Origin: an uncultured delta proteobacterium
GTDB taxonomy: Bacteria > Desulfobacterota > Binatia > UBA9968
Direction: 5' to 3'
Assembly: GCA_963737905.1 (NCBI GenBank)
Contig: CAVTUQ010000002.1
Coordinates: 576,001-640,000 of the forward strand
Length of the DNA stretch: 64,000 nt
The position numbers and the translations under genes were made by a program. Shown here in pieces: positions 50,807 to 62,048 of this stretch. The notes below the pieces were generated by a model. It searched no databases. It was not told where the DNA came from and saw only the letters and a list, made by a program, of their open reading frames with translations. Numbering within the stretch: the first letter of the stretch is position 1; every line of letters starts with the position of its first letter.

Positions 50807-51136
50807 TAGAGTCTTTGGCACCGCGTGGTTGGGCCAGCTGATCTGTAAAAATCATTTGCGGGAGCGGTTGCTTTGGGCTGGAACGCAGAGGAGTCTTTTG
50901 AAATTCAAACTCATACGCTTCCTCCCGGTTTTGTCCTCCATTTGATACTGCCGCAAATCCAACTTACGGGCAGCAGGTCAGCACCTATAGCGTAGACTTC
51001 AAAAGGCCATCCACCTCGAAGCGAATTTCACTCTTGCAATACAAAGAAAAGTAGACTTATAGTCGGCCCGTCCCGATCGATTGATCTCTGTAACTGACGC
51101 AGCGTTTACGCACGACGGATTGGTAGGAATCGAAGC

Positions 51137-51841
51137 ATGTTAACGCGGTCTTCATTGCTTAGCCTCCTCCTAATTCTCACCATAGGATTCGTGGTGACGA
51201 AAACCTATTGGCTGTGGACGAGCGGCCCTTGGGATCTTCCAAGTCCGAGAAAGGCTAAGTCACCGATCGTCGGCGAAGACGCCAAAGCAGTTATTAATCC
51301 GCGACCGATAGTTGGGACGGAGACCATTATCAGCAAAAACCTATTCGATCCGGAACGGGGAGCGGGGCTGACCCGGCAAACGGAGGCGAATTCCCAGGCC
51401 TTTCAACGAATACGAAGCATGGTGCTATTGGGTACTGCCATACTTGGGAACAACCGATTTGCGATTCTGCAGGATGGAGGATCTTCCTCGGGCGCGCCGA
51501 GAATCGCCGATCAATCGATCGCGCCTATGCGTATCAAACTCGGGGATACGGTTGAGGGATTCAGGTTGTCAGAAGTTTCGGAAAAAAGAGTTGTTTTTGC
51601 CAAGGGAACTGCGACCGTGGAAGTTCCGCTCGATTATTTTCGCAAAACCGACATAGCTCAGCCACCAGGATCAGTAGCGGCGCAAACAAGTCCGGCGGGA
51701 CAAGCGGCTGCGCCCGGAGCTGTCGCGCCCAGAGTTATTACACCAGGACAACCAAATGTGGACCGGGGTGTGCCAGAGCGACGTGCCAGGAGGGCGAGTG
51801 CCGAGGGCTACTTTACCGCGGCGAGAGCGCCAACAGGCTGA
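51137..51841 (+). CDS. GspC/PilP-like type II secretion accessory protein (orphan)
   Basis: N-terminal TM, KNLFDPER, LLGTAILG..FAIL, KLGDTVEGFRLSEV. Confidence 0.6.
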   Translation: MLTRSSLLSLLLILTIGFVVTKTYWLWTSGPWDLPSPRKAKSPIVGEDAKAVINPRPIVGTETIISKNLFDPERGAGLTRQTEANSQAFQRIRSMVLLGTAILGNNRFAILQDGGSSSGAPRIADQSIAPMRIKLGDTVEGFRLSEVSEKRVVFAKGTATVEVPLDYFRKTDIAQPPGSVAAQTSPAGQAAAPGAVAPRVITPGQPNVDRGVPERRARRASAEGYFTAARAPTG

Positions 51842-51929
51842 AAACGAGTAACACGGCCGTTAGCTCCGCCGACAGAATGCATCATCGCGCTCCGCGGGCG
51901 CAACCTCAGCAGGTGAGCGGCCCCGGCGT

Positions 51930-52880
51930 TGAAGGACAATCGGCGGTCTTCAATCCTTCCAGCTTGCCGTTGACGAATTGTCCTTCGTAGCGCGCACCCT
52001 TGGCGCTTATGTAAACGCCTGGGCCATGGGCTTTTCCTTCCTTGAAGCTTCCATCCAGGCGTGCGCTGCACCGGCGCGGAATTCAACGGGTTGCCGAACT
52101 GCTGGCACGCCCCTCTGTTGGTTGCGTTACCGGTGCCATGCTGGATGCTGGACATAAAATAATTACGCGTGAACGGCGAATCGGGAAGGCCAGCGCTGCC
52201 GTCCGGCTGGGTATGCACTAACGAGGCCGTTTTGACCCAGTACCAGTACTCGTTGGCGGAATAGATCTCAACTCCGAACGCGCACGTATTGGTCATCTGA
52301 CATGCGTCATACCGGCTGGCGGTAATGCCCGTGAACGGATCGGTGGTTCTCACGTTGGCGAACGGAAAAAGGTTTTCGGCATATAGGTGATCCTGGCGGT
52401 TGCGCTCGGTGCGGCCAGACTGCGAGAACCGGTAGTTCATGCCGATACCGCTGCCTACCGAGATCCATTGCATGTGGCCGTCGAACACCTTTCTGCCGAT
52501 TCTGCCGCAATCGTCTTCGTTGAAGCCGAGATTTCGGAAGTCGTTGAAGAAACGGCCGGGTTGCGAGTATATTTCGGTATAGATCCGGGTGATGTGGTTT
52601 AGCCAGCGGGTTGCGCGTGCCGGAGTCATCCTCTGCCTCGTAGCGCAACCATGAAACCCAGTCGCGAACGGCAGCGAAGCCCAGACCGGCTACAGCCGGA
52701 TCCTTGGCCGTGTAGGAGAACTCATAGATGTCATTGGCGACGAAGTTCCCTCCCGCCAAGCTGGTTGCCGTTCCGCCAGCGTTGTAATTCCAACCCGAAG
52801 GCGGAACGACTTCCGGCGAGTCGTCGAGGTGAACGCGATGGGTCAACTTGGCCGTGGTTTTGTCCGAGGTTGCCGCTAGA
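51930..52880 (-). pseudogene. Fragmented secreted alpha/beta-hydrolase-domain protein
   Basis: IYEFSYTAKDPAVAGLGFAAVRDWVSWLRY, SQPGRFFNDF, EIYSANEYW, spread over several frames with both ends lost. Confidence 0.65.
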
Positions 52881-53063
52881 TACCTCAAGGTGAACGAAGC
52901 GGCCGAGCTTACGATTTATTCGTACGCCTTTCTGCTTCAAAATTTTTTTCGTTGATCTTGAAGCAAATATCGAGTGGCTCACGAAGCGAAGGATCTGTAA
53001 CGTGGTCAGCACTCACCAGCTCACCGGGCCCGGAGTTAAAGGCGGCCCGGACTTATTCCCAAT

Positions 53064-53456
53064 TTACTTGCCGACCAAGGAAACCGACTCCAATTCCTCG
53101 CCGCTGGGAAGTGTGATGCGCGCCCTCAACCTGTCTCCCGGAACGGGCTTGAGACCCGTCGCCGTAAACTTGTTTTCACCCGCCGAGATCAACTTCACCT
53201 CCTGCCCGGGACGCTGCGGAGCGATGAGCGTCAACGCCCCCTTGACGCCCGTGGTCGCAATCGGCTTGCCTTCTTCGCTCTCGACGTACAGCGTGACGGT
53301 TCCCTTCTCCACGACGAACTCGATCACGATCTCGTCGTCGCCACGGCCTACGGTTCCGCCGTGCTTCGGATTGTGGTCGCCGTGTGCATAAGCGCTTCCG
53401 AAAGCGATTAGATTGAACCCCAAAGCAAATACTACGGCGAACGTTTTCACTTGCAT
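53064..53456 (-). CDS. Exported His-motif protein, probably metal-binding
   Basis: Signal peptide ending AYA, then HGDHNPKHGG and a beta-rich body. Confidence 0.65.
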   Translation of the reverse strand: MQVKTFAVVFALGFNLIAFGSAYAHGDHNPKHGGTVGRGDDEIVIEFVVEKGTVTLYVESEEGKPIATTGVKGALTLIAPQRPGQEVKLISAGENKFTATGLKPVPGDRLRARITLPSGEELESVSLVGK

Positions 53457-53484
53457 CCCCCTGCCTTGTATTGTTGAAACATAC

Positions 53485-53514
53485 ACAAGAGGCGGCCCGG
53501 AGGCCGCCTCTTGT
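53485..53514 (-). terminator. Stem-loop after the LVIVD-like gene
   Basis: ACAAGAGGCGGCC-CGGA-GGCCGCCTCTTGT perfect stem. Confidence 0.7.
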
Positions 53515-53541
53515 TCGCTCCATTGCGCCTAGAGCAAGTTG

Positions 53542-55276
53542 TTATCCGCCGCCGCCACCGCCGCCGCCCGGAGGAATATCGTTAACGCACTCGCCTGCGC
53601 CCCTCTTAGCCTTATCAAGGCCGATCTGCAGCGCCGGCCCTTGCAGCTCGATGATGTCCATGCCGAAGCCAACCCGGTCGACGACGTAGACGTAGCCCCG
53701 GTTATCGACTTCCACGTTGTTGGTCATGTAGCCGCTGCTAGGAGGTGGGACGTCTGTGCGAGGCCACGGGTTGTCGGGCACGTAGAACCCCACCTCGACG
53801 GGGGCCTCCGGTTCGCGGATGTCCCACGCCCGTACGCCACCCGTGAAGTAAGCGAGGAAGGTTACCCTGCCGTAGTACGGATTGTTGAAGTTCTCCTCGC
53901 TCGAATGCACCCCGAAGCGAGCGCCACGCGTGCAGTAGTTCCCGCGCGTATATTTCTCGCCTGAACGCGGGTCGACCGACATCGTGGAGAGAACCATCGG
54001 GCCCTGCCACGGATATTGCTCGACGCGGGTTCCCGGAGGCGCCGTCTTTGAGTTTTCCACCGTCACGTCGACGATGAAGCTCCAGTGGGGCGCCTCGTTA
54101 CACCGGTTGGCCGTCGCTTCGGACGCGAGCAGCACGATGTCGCGGGTCTGGAACTCTTTGTGGCACTGATAACTCTTCGGCTCCAGCCCGAACACCGGCA
54201 TGCTTGTGTGTCCGCCCTGATCGGGCGACATGTGCAGTAGCCCAACTTGCGCCGATTCGATGTCAGCCACCGTAGGGGAGTCAGGATCGCCTACCCACGT
54301 CCCGTAGGGGGGCGGCAACAGTTTGTTGCGGTCGATGATCTGGAGCACGCCGTCATCGCCAACACCCCAAGCGGCGTAAATGCGATTCCCGATGATGTCA
54401 TTTCCCGTGGCTCCGCGCGTCAACCTTTGAACGTTTTGCGGGTGCTCATAGGCCGAAATGGGTCCGTGCAGCGAAGGCGGCGCCGTTCCGGTCCCGTTCG
54501 GCTGCGAGCCCACCAAGCCGTAAGTGCGGATGTATTTTGGGCAGCCGACCGAGGCAGCGTCCGTCGCCAGCAAGTTGTTGCTGCATGTGGCGTGATTGTT
54601 GACATGCGGATTGCTCCAGTCGTAGATCAGCATCGCTTGCGAGGTGCGCCACAGCGGCTCGGGACCCAGCGTCGCGTTCTTGCTGCCCGGCATGTAGGCA
54701 ATGCCGGTGCTGCATTCCCACCAATCCTTATGCGTGGAGCGGAGATTGCGCTGGGCCTTGAGCAGGACAGGCGGCGTTACTCCCGGAATCGGACACATCC
54801 CAAGCTCGTATCCTGCCGCGCTGCTTCCCTGAATGTTGCGCAGCAGATAGGCCTTGCCGGCCTGGCCGCCTGGCAGCTCGGAGCCGAGGCACATGCGCAC
54901 CATCTGCGCCTGGCCGCCAGCCACCGGGACTGGGATGTGGACTTCTCTACCGGGTTTTTCGGATCGGTGACGTCGATGATGATCGTCCCGTTCTCCTCCA
55001 CCACGCCGCCGTTCAGCGGGTTGGGAGAGGGCCGGGTGCGCTGCCAAGCCGTGCGTACCCAGCAGAACAACATCGTTCTTCCGTCCGGATAGTGTGATCA
55101 CGTTCGGTTGGTAGGATCCACGCCCTTGCAGAACGTGGCCGACACCGTGCATGTTCTTCGACTCGCCGCTGCTCTATCGCCTGCGCGTTTACGCTGAAGG
55201 CAGAACGGCTAAAGCAGCCGCGAATAACGCTGTGCCGCAGCACGCGCCTTTGCGTAATGCATAGCTGTAGCTTCAT
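53542..55276 (-). CDS. Secreted LVIVD-repeat/beta-propeller-like protein with several 5' frameshifts
   Basis: AAGGAG RBS before 55276. NGTIIIDVTDP, RFGVHS, YFTGGVRAWDIREP, TNNVEVDNRGYVYVVDR. Confidence 0.7.
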
Positions 55277-55489
55277 TTGATTTCTCCTTTTTTCCAGCTT
55301 TTGACAAGAGGTAAAACCCCTTACTTCTGCTCAACGTAATCCTAAAGCGTAGCGGTCTGTATGGACCGATGGCTGTTTTATCCCACGCGTTGTAAGTCCT
55401 CCCGGCACTGGGCTCTATTGCTGTATGGCAGCAACCCGTCTTCTAGGATTAAAGCGCACGGAGCGAGAATCACCGTACGACCAGATCTC

Positions 55490-55853
55490 AAAAGGCCGCC
55501 GTATGGGGTTCCTCCTGAACGGTGTCGGTTGGCTCTCCCCAGATGGCTCTGACTTCCTCGGTCGTCATGCCGATCTGCGGCTCTGCGGGCGCGGCGGGTG
55601 GTTTTTTTGTGGTATCCGCGACTGATTTCTTTGGGCCTGGGCATCCACAGTTGATTTCGTTGGGTCCCGGACATCGGCGGGTGATTTCTTTGCGTCCGCG
55701 GCATCCATCGGCATCTCCGCCCATCGACTCAAACTGGCAGGGAAAATTCTGATAGAGAGCCTCTCCTTTTTTTCCCACGCACTTGAAGACTTCCGCGGAG
55801 GCCAGCGGTGCAAAAAACAATACAGAGAACAGAGCGCATACGGTTTTCAACAT
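55490..55853 (-). CDS. DUF4124-like exported protein, probably frameshifted or truncated
   Basis: Signal peptide, EVFKCVGKKGEALYQNFPC, IGMTTEEVRAIWGEP. Confidence 0.55.
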
Positions 55854-56096
55854 GGACCAGCTTTCCTCGCTTTGTCTTTAGATTTCCGCAAAGCAGACCT
55901 GGTAAAATCAGCACAAAAAAATTACTTACGGATCAGGGTTCTTCATGTTTAACCTCCCTTTTAACTGCCATTGTTGGTTTTGGGCTACTCCTACCTTCTC
56001 CCTCTTCTGTAGTCACCTTGGTGAATTCTGCGCTTCTCAGAAATATGAGTTTAGCGACATATGGAGAGTATTTAGGCATTCTTAAGCACTCTGGAG

Positions 56097-56176
56097 CGTT
56101 GATGCACTTTATTGGGGAATGGCGAGCCTGTCCAATAATTTCTTCGAATGACTGTTATTGACTTTTCTTATGACCT
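56097..56176 (-). promoter_or_regulatory. Leftward copy of a duplicated LysR-type promoter
   Basis: Minus strand: ATAAGAAAAGTCAAT box, then TGGACA-17 bp-TAAAGT. 56124-56176 is a 51/53 inverted match to 57363-57415. Confidence 0.75.
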
Positions 56177-56224
56177 AGCCTAGGAAATGAGACAAAATGG
56201 CCGTTTGAGTTCTGGGAGGGGAAT

Positions 56225-57133
56225 ATGACCCTTCATCAGTTAAAAATTTTTGAATCTGTGGCCAGGCACCTCAACGTTACGAGAGCATCGCAGGAACTAC
56301 ACATGAGCCAACCCGGCGTTTCCCAGCAGCTTAAGCTTCTGGAACAACACTACGAAGCGAGATTCGTTGTGAGAGTTGGTCGGGGCGTAGAGTTAACCGA
56401 TCAAGGACATGCTTTTCTCGATGCAATCAGGTCTATCCTCGCGCAAGCCGAGAAGATCGAAAGCGTCTTCAAGGTCAAATCGAAAGAAAAAACGAGTTTT
56501 TTAACGGTCGGGGGTAGTCGTAGTCATACTGTGACTGTTCTTCCGGAAATCCTAAAGACCTTTAAACAAAACCATCCGTGGGTTCAATTCGTCCTCGAAA
56601 GCAATGATAGCTCCACGATGGAACGACATATTTTAAATGCAGCGGTGGAAATTGCTCTCATCAATCACCCCTCATACTCTGATCAGATCGCGTACGAGCC
56701 TTACAAGGAAATGGAGATTGTGGCATTTGCTCTCGCCAAAAGCCCTTTCATTGGGAAGAAGATAACGTTAGAGGAGCTGTTCCGAATTCCCCTGGTCGTC
56801 AGGCGACGAAGCACGACCTTAAGGGAACTCTTAAGACAGGGATACAAACCAAACATTGCCGTCCAATGCGACGTATCTGAGGCCGTGAAAGGTGCTGTGC
56901 AAAAAGAGCTTGGAGTAGGCATTTTATACCGAGAAACCATCGAGCCCGACCTTAAAAGTCGCAATCTTAAGATACTCCACGTACCCGACCTGGAGAAAAT
57001 AAGAACTCAATCATTCATTATCTACAACAGGTCTAAACCCCTTTCCGCTGTTGCACGGGAGTTCCTTCACGCATTGCATGAAAGCAGAGTTTCGAAAGTC
57101 GAAAGTAGGGGCTTTAGAAAAATTACGGCTTGA
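56225..57133 (+). CDS. LysR-family transcriptional regulator
   Basis: MTLHQLKIF..NVTRASQELHMSQPGVSQQLKLLE HTH. GGGAGG RBS. Confidence 0.95.
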   Translation: MTLHQLKIFESVARHLNVTRASQELHMSQPGVSQQLKLLEQHYEARFVVRVGRGVELTDQGHAFLDAIRSILAQAEKIESVFKVKSKEKTSFLTVGGSRSHTVTVLPEILKTFKQNHPWVQFVLESNDSSTMERHILNAAVEIALINHPSYSDQIAYEPYKEMEIVAFALAKSPFIGKKITLEELFRIPLVVRRRSTTLRELLRQGYKPNIAVQCDVSEAVKGAVQKELGVGILYRETIEPDLKSRNLKILHVPDLEKIRTQSFIIYNRSKPLSAVAREFLHALHESRVSKVESRGFRKITA

Positions 57134-57362
57134 TCGCAACTCGAACGATACCAACTTCCAGCTCCCCACAAGAACAAGTAACTAAGACTTCGTTAGCTAG
57201 CGCAGTACGTCAGCAATTGTCCTCCCAGACTTTCCTTCCTCGGACTACGTTGTCCCTCGTACCCGCTACTCGACTCTATCCGCAGCACCACCCGGGATTG
57301 AGCCATCAAGAAGATCCTAGAACTTTTACAATCAGCGTTAAGTAAAAGAAACTTACTTAACA

Positions 57363-57440
57363 AGGTCATAAGAAAAGTGAATAACAGTCATTCGAAGAAA
57401 CTATTGGACAGGCTCTCGCTTACCCAATAGAGTGCCAACG
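57363..57440 (+). promoter_or_regulatory. Rightward copy of the duplicated promoter, upstream of tctC
   Basis: ATAAGAAAAGTGAAT box, then TGGACA-17 bp-TAGAGT. Confidence 0.75.
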
Positions 57441-57573
57441 ATTACTTAAAAGTACTCTCCACATATCAGTAAAATACGTACGGCTTGGGAACCTAGTCAA
57501 AGATATTTGCTTTGCACACCCGCAAGTGATAGACGCACATCACAGGAACATCACCGACAAAGGAGGCCGCGAA

Positions 57574-58552
57574 ATGAAAACCATTTATCGTGTTTGTCTT
57601 TTGTTCCTAACGCCTATCTTTCTATCCACCCTGGGTACTGCAGAGGCGTGGGAACCTACGAAGCCGATCGAGTTTGTCGTCCCCGCTGGCACGGGAGGCG
57701 GCGCCGATCAGATGGCTCGTTTGATCTCCGGTATAGCTGCAAAGGACAAGCTTTCTCCGCAACCGTTGATTGTCGTCAACAAGTCCGGCGGGGCCGGCGC
57801 GGAGGGCTTCCTTGACGTAAAAAGCAAGAAGGGCGACGAGTACACGATCATCATCACCCTTTCGAATCTGTTTACGACTCCCCTGGCGACGGGAACGCCC
57901 TTCAACTGGCGCGACCTGACCCCGATCGCCCGGCTGGCGCTTGACCGCTTCATTCTTTGGGTCAACGAAGAGACGCCGTACAAGAGCGCAAAGGAGTACC
58001 TGGCCGCCGTAAAGAAAAATCCCAGCACGATGAAAATGGGCGGCACCGGTTCGAAGCAGGAGGACCAGATCATCACGGTGCTACTCGAACAGAGTGAAGG
58101 CGTGAAATTCATCTACGTGCCTTTCAAGGGGGGTGGCGAGGTGTGCGTCAATCTCGTAGGCAAGCACATCGACTCCACGGTGAACAATCCCGATCGAGTG
58201 CGTGAGCCACTGGAGGGCGAAACGCGTGCGGCCGCTGGCTGTTTTCGACACCGAGCGCATACCAGACGCCGACTGGAAAGGTATTCCGACGGTGAAGGAA
58301 GCCTTGGGGGTCGATATCTCCTATAACATGCTTCGAGGCATCTTCGGCCCTCCCGCTATGCCAAAGGAAGCCGTGGACTGGTACGTCGCCTTTCTCAAGA
58401 AGGTTTTCGACTCCAAGGACTTTCAAGGCTACCTGCATACGGGAGCGCTCAAGCCGGCGTTCGCCTCTGGCAGCGAGTACGTGAAGTGGGTAGAGGAGAA
58501 CGAAAAGCTCCACAAGGAATTGATGGAGAAGGGCGGCCTGATCAAGAAGTAG
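57574..58552 (+). CDS. tctC: Tripartite tricarboxylate transporter substrate-binding protein; one frameshift near 58190
   Basis: PTKPIEFVVPAGTGGGAD, VVNKSGGAG, YVPFKGGGE. Removing one C restores NNPIECVSHW. Confidence 0.9.
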
Positions 58553-58553
58553 C

Positions 58554-59033
58554 ATGCGCATCGCTGACCTCGTCACCGCCGCGGTCCTGATGCTGCTGGG
58601 TAGCCTCGTGATCTACGATGCCGTCCTGCTTGGAATCGGCTGGGGAAAAGAAGGGCCCGGGAGCGGCTTTTTCCCGTTTTGGCTAGCAACCCTCCTGGTT
58701 GTAATCAGCGCGGTGATCTTCTTACAGGCCTGGATGGGTCGGTCCGATCAGCCTTTCGTTACCCGGGAACGTTTCGTGCCGGTCTTGAAGGTCGTGGTGC
58801 CGATAGCCGGCTTCATCATTCTGACCGACCCACCGGGTCCGTGGCCCGGTCTCGGCCTCTATGTGTCGGGAGGGCTGTATCTTGGGTTTTATATGCGGTG
58901 GGTGGGACGCCACAACTGGTTTTCGGTCGTGGCGCTTTCTATTGCGGTTCCCCTGATGGCGTTCTTCGTTTTTGACAAGTGGTTCCTGGTACCGATGCCC
59001 AAGGGACCGGTGGAGGCCTGGTTCGGGTACTGA
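58554..59033 (+). CDS. tctB: Tripartite tricarboxylate transporter small TM subunit
   Basis: GPGSGFFP, four TM segments, FLVPMPKG. Confidence 0.9.
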   Translation: MRIADLVTAAVLMLLGSLVIYDAVLLGIGWGKEGPGSGFFPFWLATLLVVISAVIFLQAWMGRSDQPFVTRERFVPVLKVVVPIAGFIILTDPPGPWPGLGLYVSGGLYLGFYMRWVGRHNWFSVVALSIAVPLMAFFVFDKWFLVPMPKGPVEAWFGY

Positions 59034-59036
59034 CAC

Positions 59037-60557
59037 GTGGGAATCGAGAACCTATTCCTCGGCTTCCAGGTTGCGATCACGCCGTTCAATATCTTTATCG
59101 CCGTGGTCGGTATCTTCATGGGCACCATCATCGGAGTCCTTCCCGGTCTCGGCGGCGCCAACGGCGTGGCGATTCTCTTGCCGCTCACCTTCACTATGCC
59201 ACCGACGTCGGCCATCATTTTGCTCACATCCATTTATTGGGGCGCACTTTTCGGCGGGGCCATAACCTCGATACTTTTCAACATCCCCGGCGAACCCTGG
59301 TCGGTAGCCACGACGTTCGACGGCTACCCGATGGCCAAGCAGGGCCGGAGCGGTCAGGCCCTCACGGCCGCCTTCACCTCCTCTTTCGTGGGTGCCTTCT
59401 TCTCAATCGTTCTTATCACCTTATTTGCCCCCCTTTTGGCGGAGATCGCGCTGAAATTCGGCCCGCCGGAATTCTTCGCCATCCAGTTCCTGACATTTTC
59501 GAGTTTCGTGGGATTAGGCGGGGGCAATCCGCTTAAGTCTCTGGTTTCGATCCTCATCGGCTTTATCCTGGCCACGGTGGGGCTCGACATCGTCACGGGC
59601 CAGCTGCGTCTTACTTTCGGCTTCACCGATCTGATGAAGGGCTTCGATTTCATCGTAGCCGTGATCGGTCTTTTCGGCATTGGAGAAATCCTTTTGAGCG
59701 TGGAAGAAGGACTCAAGTTTGAGGGGACCGCCACTGGCATGAACATGCGGGTGGTGCTGGACACATGGAAGACCTTGCCACGGTACTACCGGACATTCGT
59801 CCGCGGCGCCATCATTGGCTTCTGGATGGGTTTCAAGCCGGGGGGGGCAACACCGGCGTCGTTTATGAGCTATGCCTTCGCGAAGCGCTTCTCCAAGAAC
59901 CCGGAAAAATTCGGCACGGGCGAAATCGAGGGTGTCCTCGCGCCTGAGACCGCCGCTCACGCGGCGGGCGTGGCGGCCATGCTGCCGATGATCACCCTCG
60001 GCATCCCGGGCTCGCCGACCGCTGCGGTAATGCTGGGCGGGCTGATCATCTGGGGTCTCCAACCCGGCCCCATGCTTTTCGTCGACAACCCGGACTTTGT
60101 CTGGGGCCTGATCGCCAGCATGTATACCGGCAATGTGATCGGAGTCGTGATGGTGCTTGCGTTCGTACCGTTTTTCGCGGCGATTCTGCGCGTTCCGTTC
60201 GCGATTCTTACGCCGCTCATCGTGGTGGTCTGCGCCATCGGCGCTTACGCTGTGCACAACAGCATGATCGATATCTGGTATATGCTGATCTTCGGTGTGG
60301 TGGGCTACGTCTTCAAAAAGCTGGATTATCCTTTGGCACCGCTGGTGTTGGCATTGGTCCTGGGCGATCTCGCTGAGAATGCGCTCCGCCAGAGTTTGAT
60401 TATGTCCCAGGGATCGCTGGCGATCTTCTTTACGCAACCGATTTCGGGAGTGATCACGGCGGCGGCGATCTTCCTCTTCATTCTGCCCATCATCACCCCC
60501 TGGTGGCGACGACTGCGGGGTCTACCCGTAACTGAGCCATCGCGGCGGGAAGCCTGA
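59037..60557 (+). CDS. tctA: Tripartite tricarboxylate transporter permease
   Basis: GVLPGLG, ILFNIPG, TTFDGYPM, APETA, LGIPGS, GLQPGP. Confidence 0.95.
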   Translation: MGIENLFLGFQVAITPFNIFIAVVGIFMGTIIGVLPGLGGANGVAILLPLTFTMPPTSAIILLTSIYWGALFGGAITSILFNIPGEPWSVATTFDGYPMAKQGRSGQALTAAFTSSFVGAFFSIVLITLFAPLLAEIALKFGPPEFFAIQFLTFSSFVGLGGGNPLKSLVSILIGFILATVGLDIVTGQLRLTFGFTDLMKGFDFIVAVIGLFGIGEILLSVEEGLKFEGTATGMNMRVVLDTWKTLPRYYRTFVRGAIIGFWMGFKPGGATPASFMSYAFAKRFSKNPEKFGTGEIEGVLAPETAAHAAGVAAMLPMITLGIPGSPTAAVMLGGLIIWGLQPGPMLFVDNPDFVWGLIASMYTGNVIGVVMVLAFVPFFAAILRVPFAILTPLIVVVCAIGAYAVHNSMIDIWYMLIFGVVGYVFKKLDYPLAPLVLALVLGDLAENALRQSLIMSQGSLAIFFTQPISGVITAAAIFLFILPIITPWWRRLRGLPVTEPSRREA

Positions 60558-60861
60558 ATGCTGCTAGGGTTGTCGGCGACCTCCGCCTCGTCCTACGTTA
60601 TAGACTCGTTTCCATCATCGATTCTCTCACCGATCATGACAACGTGAGTAAATGTCATCGTTCCCTATTGAACTGAATTTGCCTTGCCAATACCTGGTAT
60701 CATCGGCACGGGCAGAGCCGTGCAACTTTTCAATCGCACAGTTGTTCCACGAACCGTTGTTTGACAACACCTTCGCGTAACTGTTAACAAAGCGGAGGAA
60801 TATAACGCAGAGATCCGCGGAATTACCGCGGAAAGCAACAAAACTTTTACGGAGGTGTGCA

Positions 60862-61824
60862 ATGATCAGTGCTAATGATTTAAAGGGAGTGCTCGGGATG
60901 ATGCCTGCTTTTGCCACCCCGGATGCGGTCGATATCCGGGCAATGCAAACCATCGCGGTCGATAATCTCAAGGAAGGCGTCGACAGGATCATCAAAGACG
61001 GCGTCAACAACATCGCCACGACGGGCACATACGGCGAATGCTACAACTTACTGTTTGATGAATTTAAGATCCTGGCAGTAGCGACCGTAGAGGCCGTCAA
61101 GAAAAGTGTGCCGTTGTTCATCGGTTGCACCAGCCCCAACCCGCGGGAGGTCGTGCAAAAAATGAACTTCGTCAAGGACCTCGGGGCGGACGGAGTCCTG
61201 CTTGGAGTGCCTTACTATGAGACCCTTCACGTGCAAGATGCGATCAAGTTCTATCACGATATCGCTGATCTTTTCCCGAGCCTCAATATCCTTATTTACC
61301 ACAATCCCGACAATCACAAATTCACAATCCCAGTTTCAGCCTTTAAAGAGCTGGTGAAGAAGCCCAGTATCATCGGCATGAAAGACAGTCATAGAAGTAC
61401 GCAAGCTTTCATGAACTTACAGAAGATCGTTAAGGGAAAGATCAGCGTCTTCGTCAACCAGACCCAACTTTATCCCTACTATAGGTTAGGCGCGGCCGGT
61501 TGCTGGTCAACCGAGGTCTGGATGGGACCGTGGCCCGTGTTGTATTTGCTGGATCTTGTCCGACGGGGCGAAGATGAAAGTGCAATCGAAGTCATCGATG
61601 ACCTGGTCGGCGATGGGAGCGGAGGGAAGCCAGTACCAGGCGCGGGCAACAAACGCCCGGCAGAGTTTGCCGATTACTGCAAGGTCGGGCCCACTCGCAT
61701 ACCTTTCGTAACATTCCCCGAGGCCGAACTTGCCAAGGCCAAGCGGCGCGCGGAGCACTGGATGAAGCTCAACGCGAAATATCGCCCGCTGGTAGAAGCA
61801 CAGAAAGCTCGCTCGGCGGCATAG
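60862..61824 (+). CDS. DHDPS-family hydratase-aldolase, NahE/PhdJ-like
   Basis: TTGTYGEC (GxxGE, NahE-type), IYHNP, IGMKDS Schiff-base Lys, AGCWS. Confidence 0.82.
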   Translation: MISANDLKGVLGMMPAFATPDAVDIRAMQTIAVDNLKEGVDRIIKDGVNNIATTGTYGECYNLLFDEFKILAVATVEAVKKSVPLFIGCTSPNPREVVQKMNFVKDLGADGVLLGVPYYETLHVQDAIKFYHDIADLFPSLNILIYHNPDNHKFTIPVSAFKELVKKPSIIGMKDSHRSTQAFMNLQKIVKGKISVFVNQTQLYPYYRLGAAGCWSTEVWMGPWPVLYLLDLVRRGEDESAIEVIDDLVGDGSGGKPVPGAGNKRPAEFADYCKVGPTRIPFVTFPEAELAKAKRRAEHWMKLNAKYRPLVEAQKARSAA

Positions 61825-61859
61825 ATCGTTCAAACCACACGCGCAACAAGTGAGCAGCC

Positions 61860-61892
61860 GAACCCCCGGACCACCGTCCGGGGGTTTTTTTT
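61860..61892 (+). terminator. Rho-independent terminator
   Basis: AACCCCCGGAC-CACC-GTCCGGGGGTT followed by a T run. Confidence 0.9.
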
Positions 61893-62048
61893 CGGAGACT
61901 TCGAGTGCGCCGGCAATACCGGGATATTTTTTTCTTCGTCTTTTTTGTTGAGCCCATTCTAGTGAATTTTAAGCGGATCCCAAACTTTGCTTGATAAAGG
62001 ACAGTCGCGGCTCTATCATATTCCGCAGCAAGTGCACGGGAGGATTTG

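Noticed and set aside
53545-53572. Poly-Gly (GGC)n tail as a contingency repeat
   Set aside because: It is an in-frame, interrupted triplet run at the extreme C-terminus, so length change would not switch expression.
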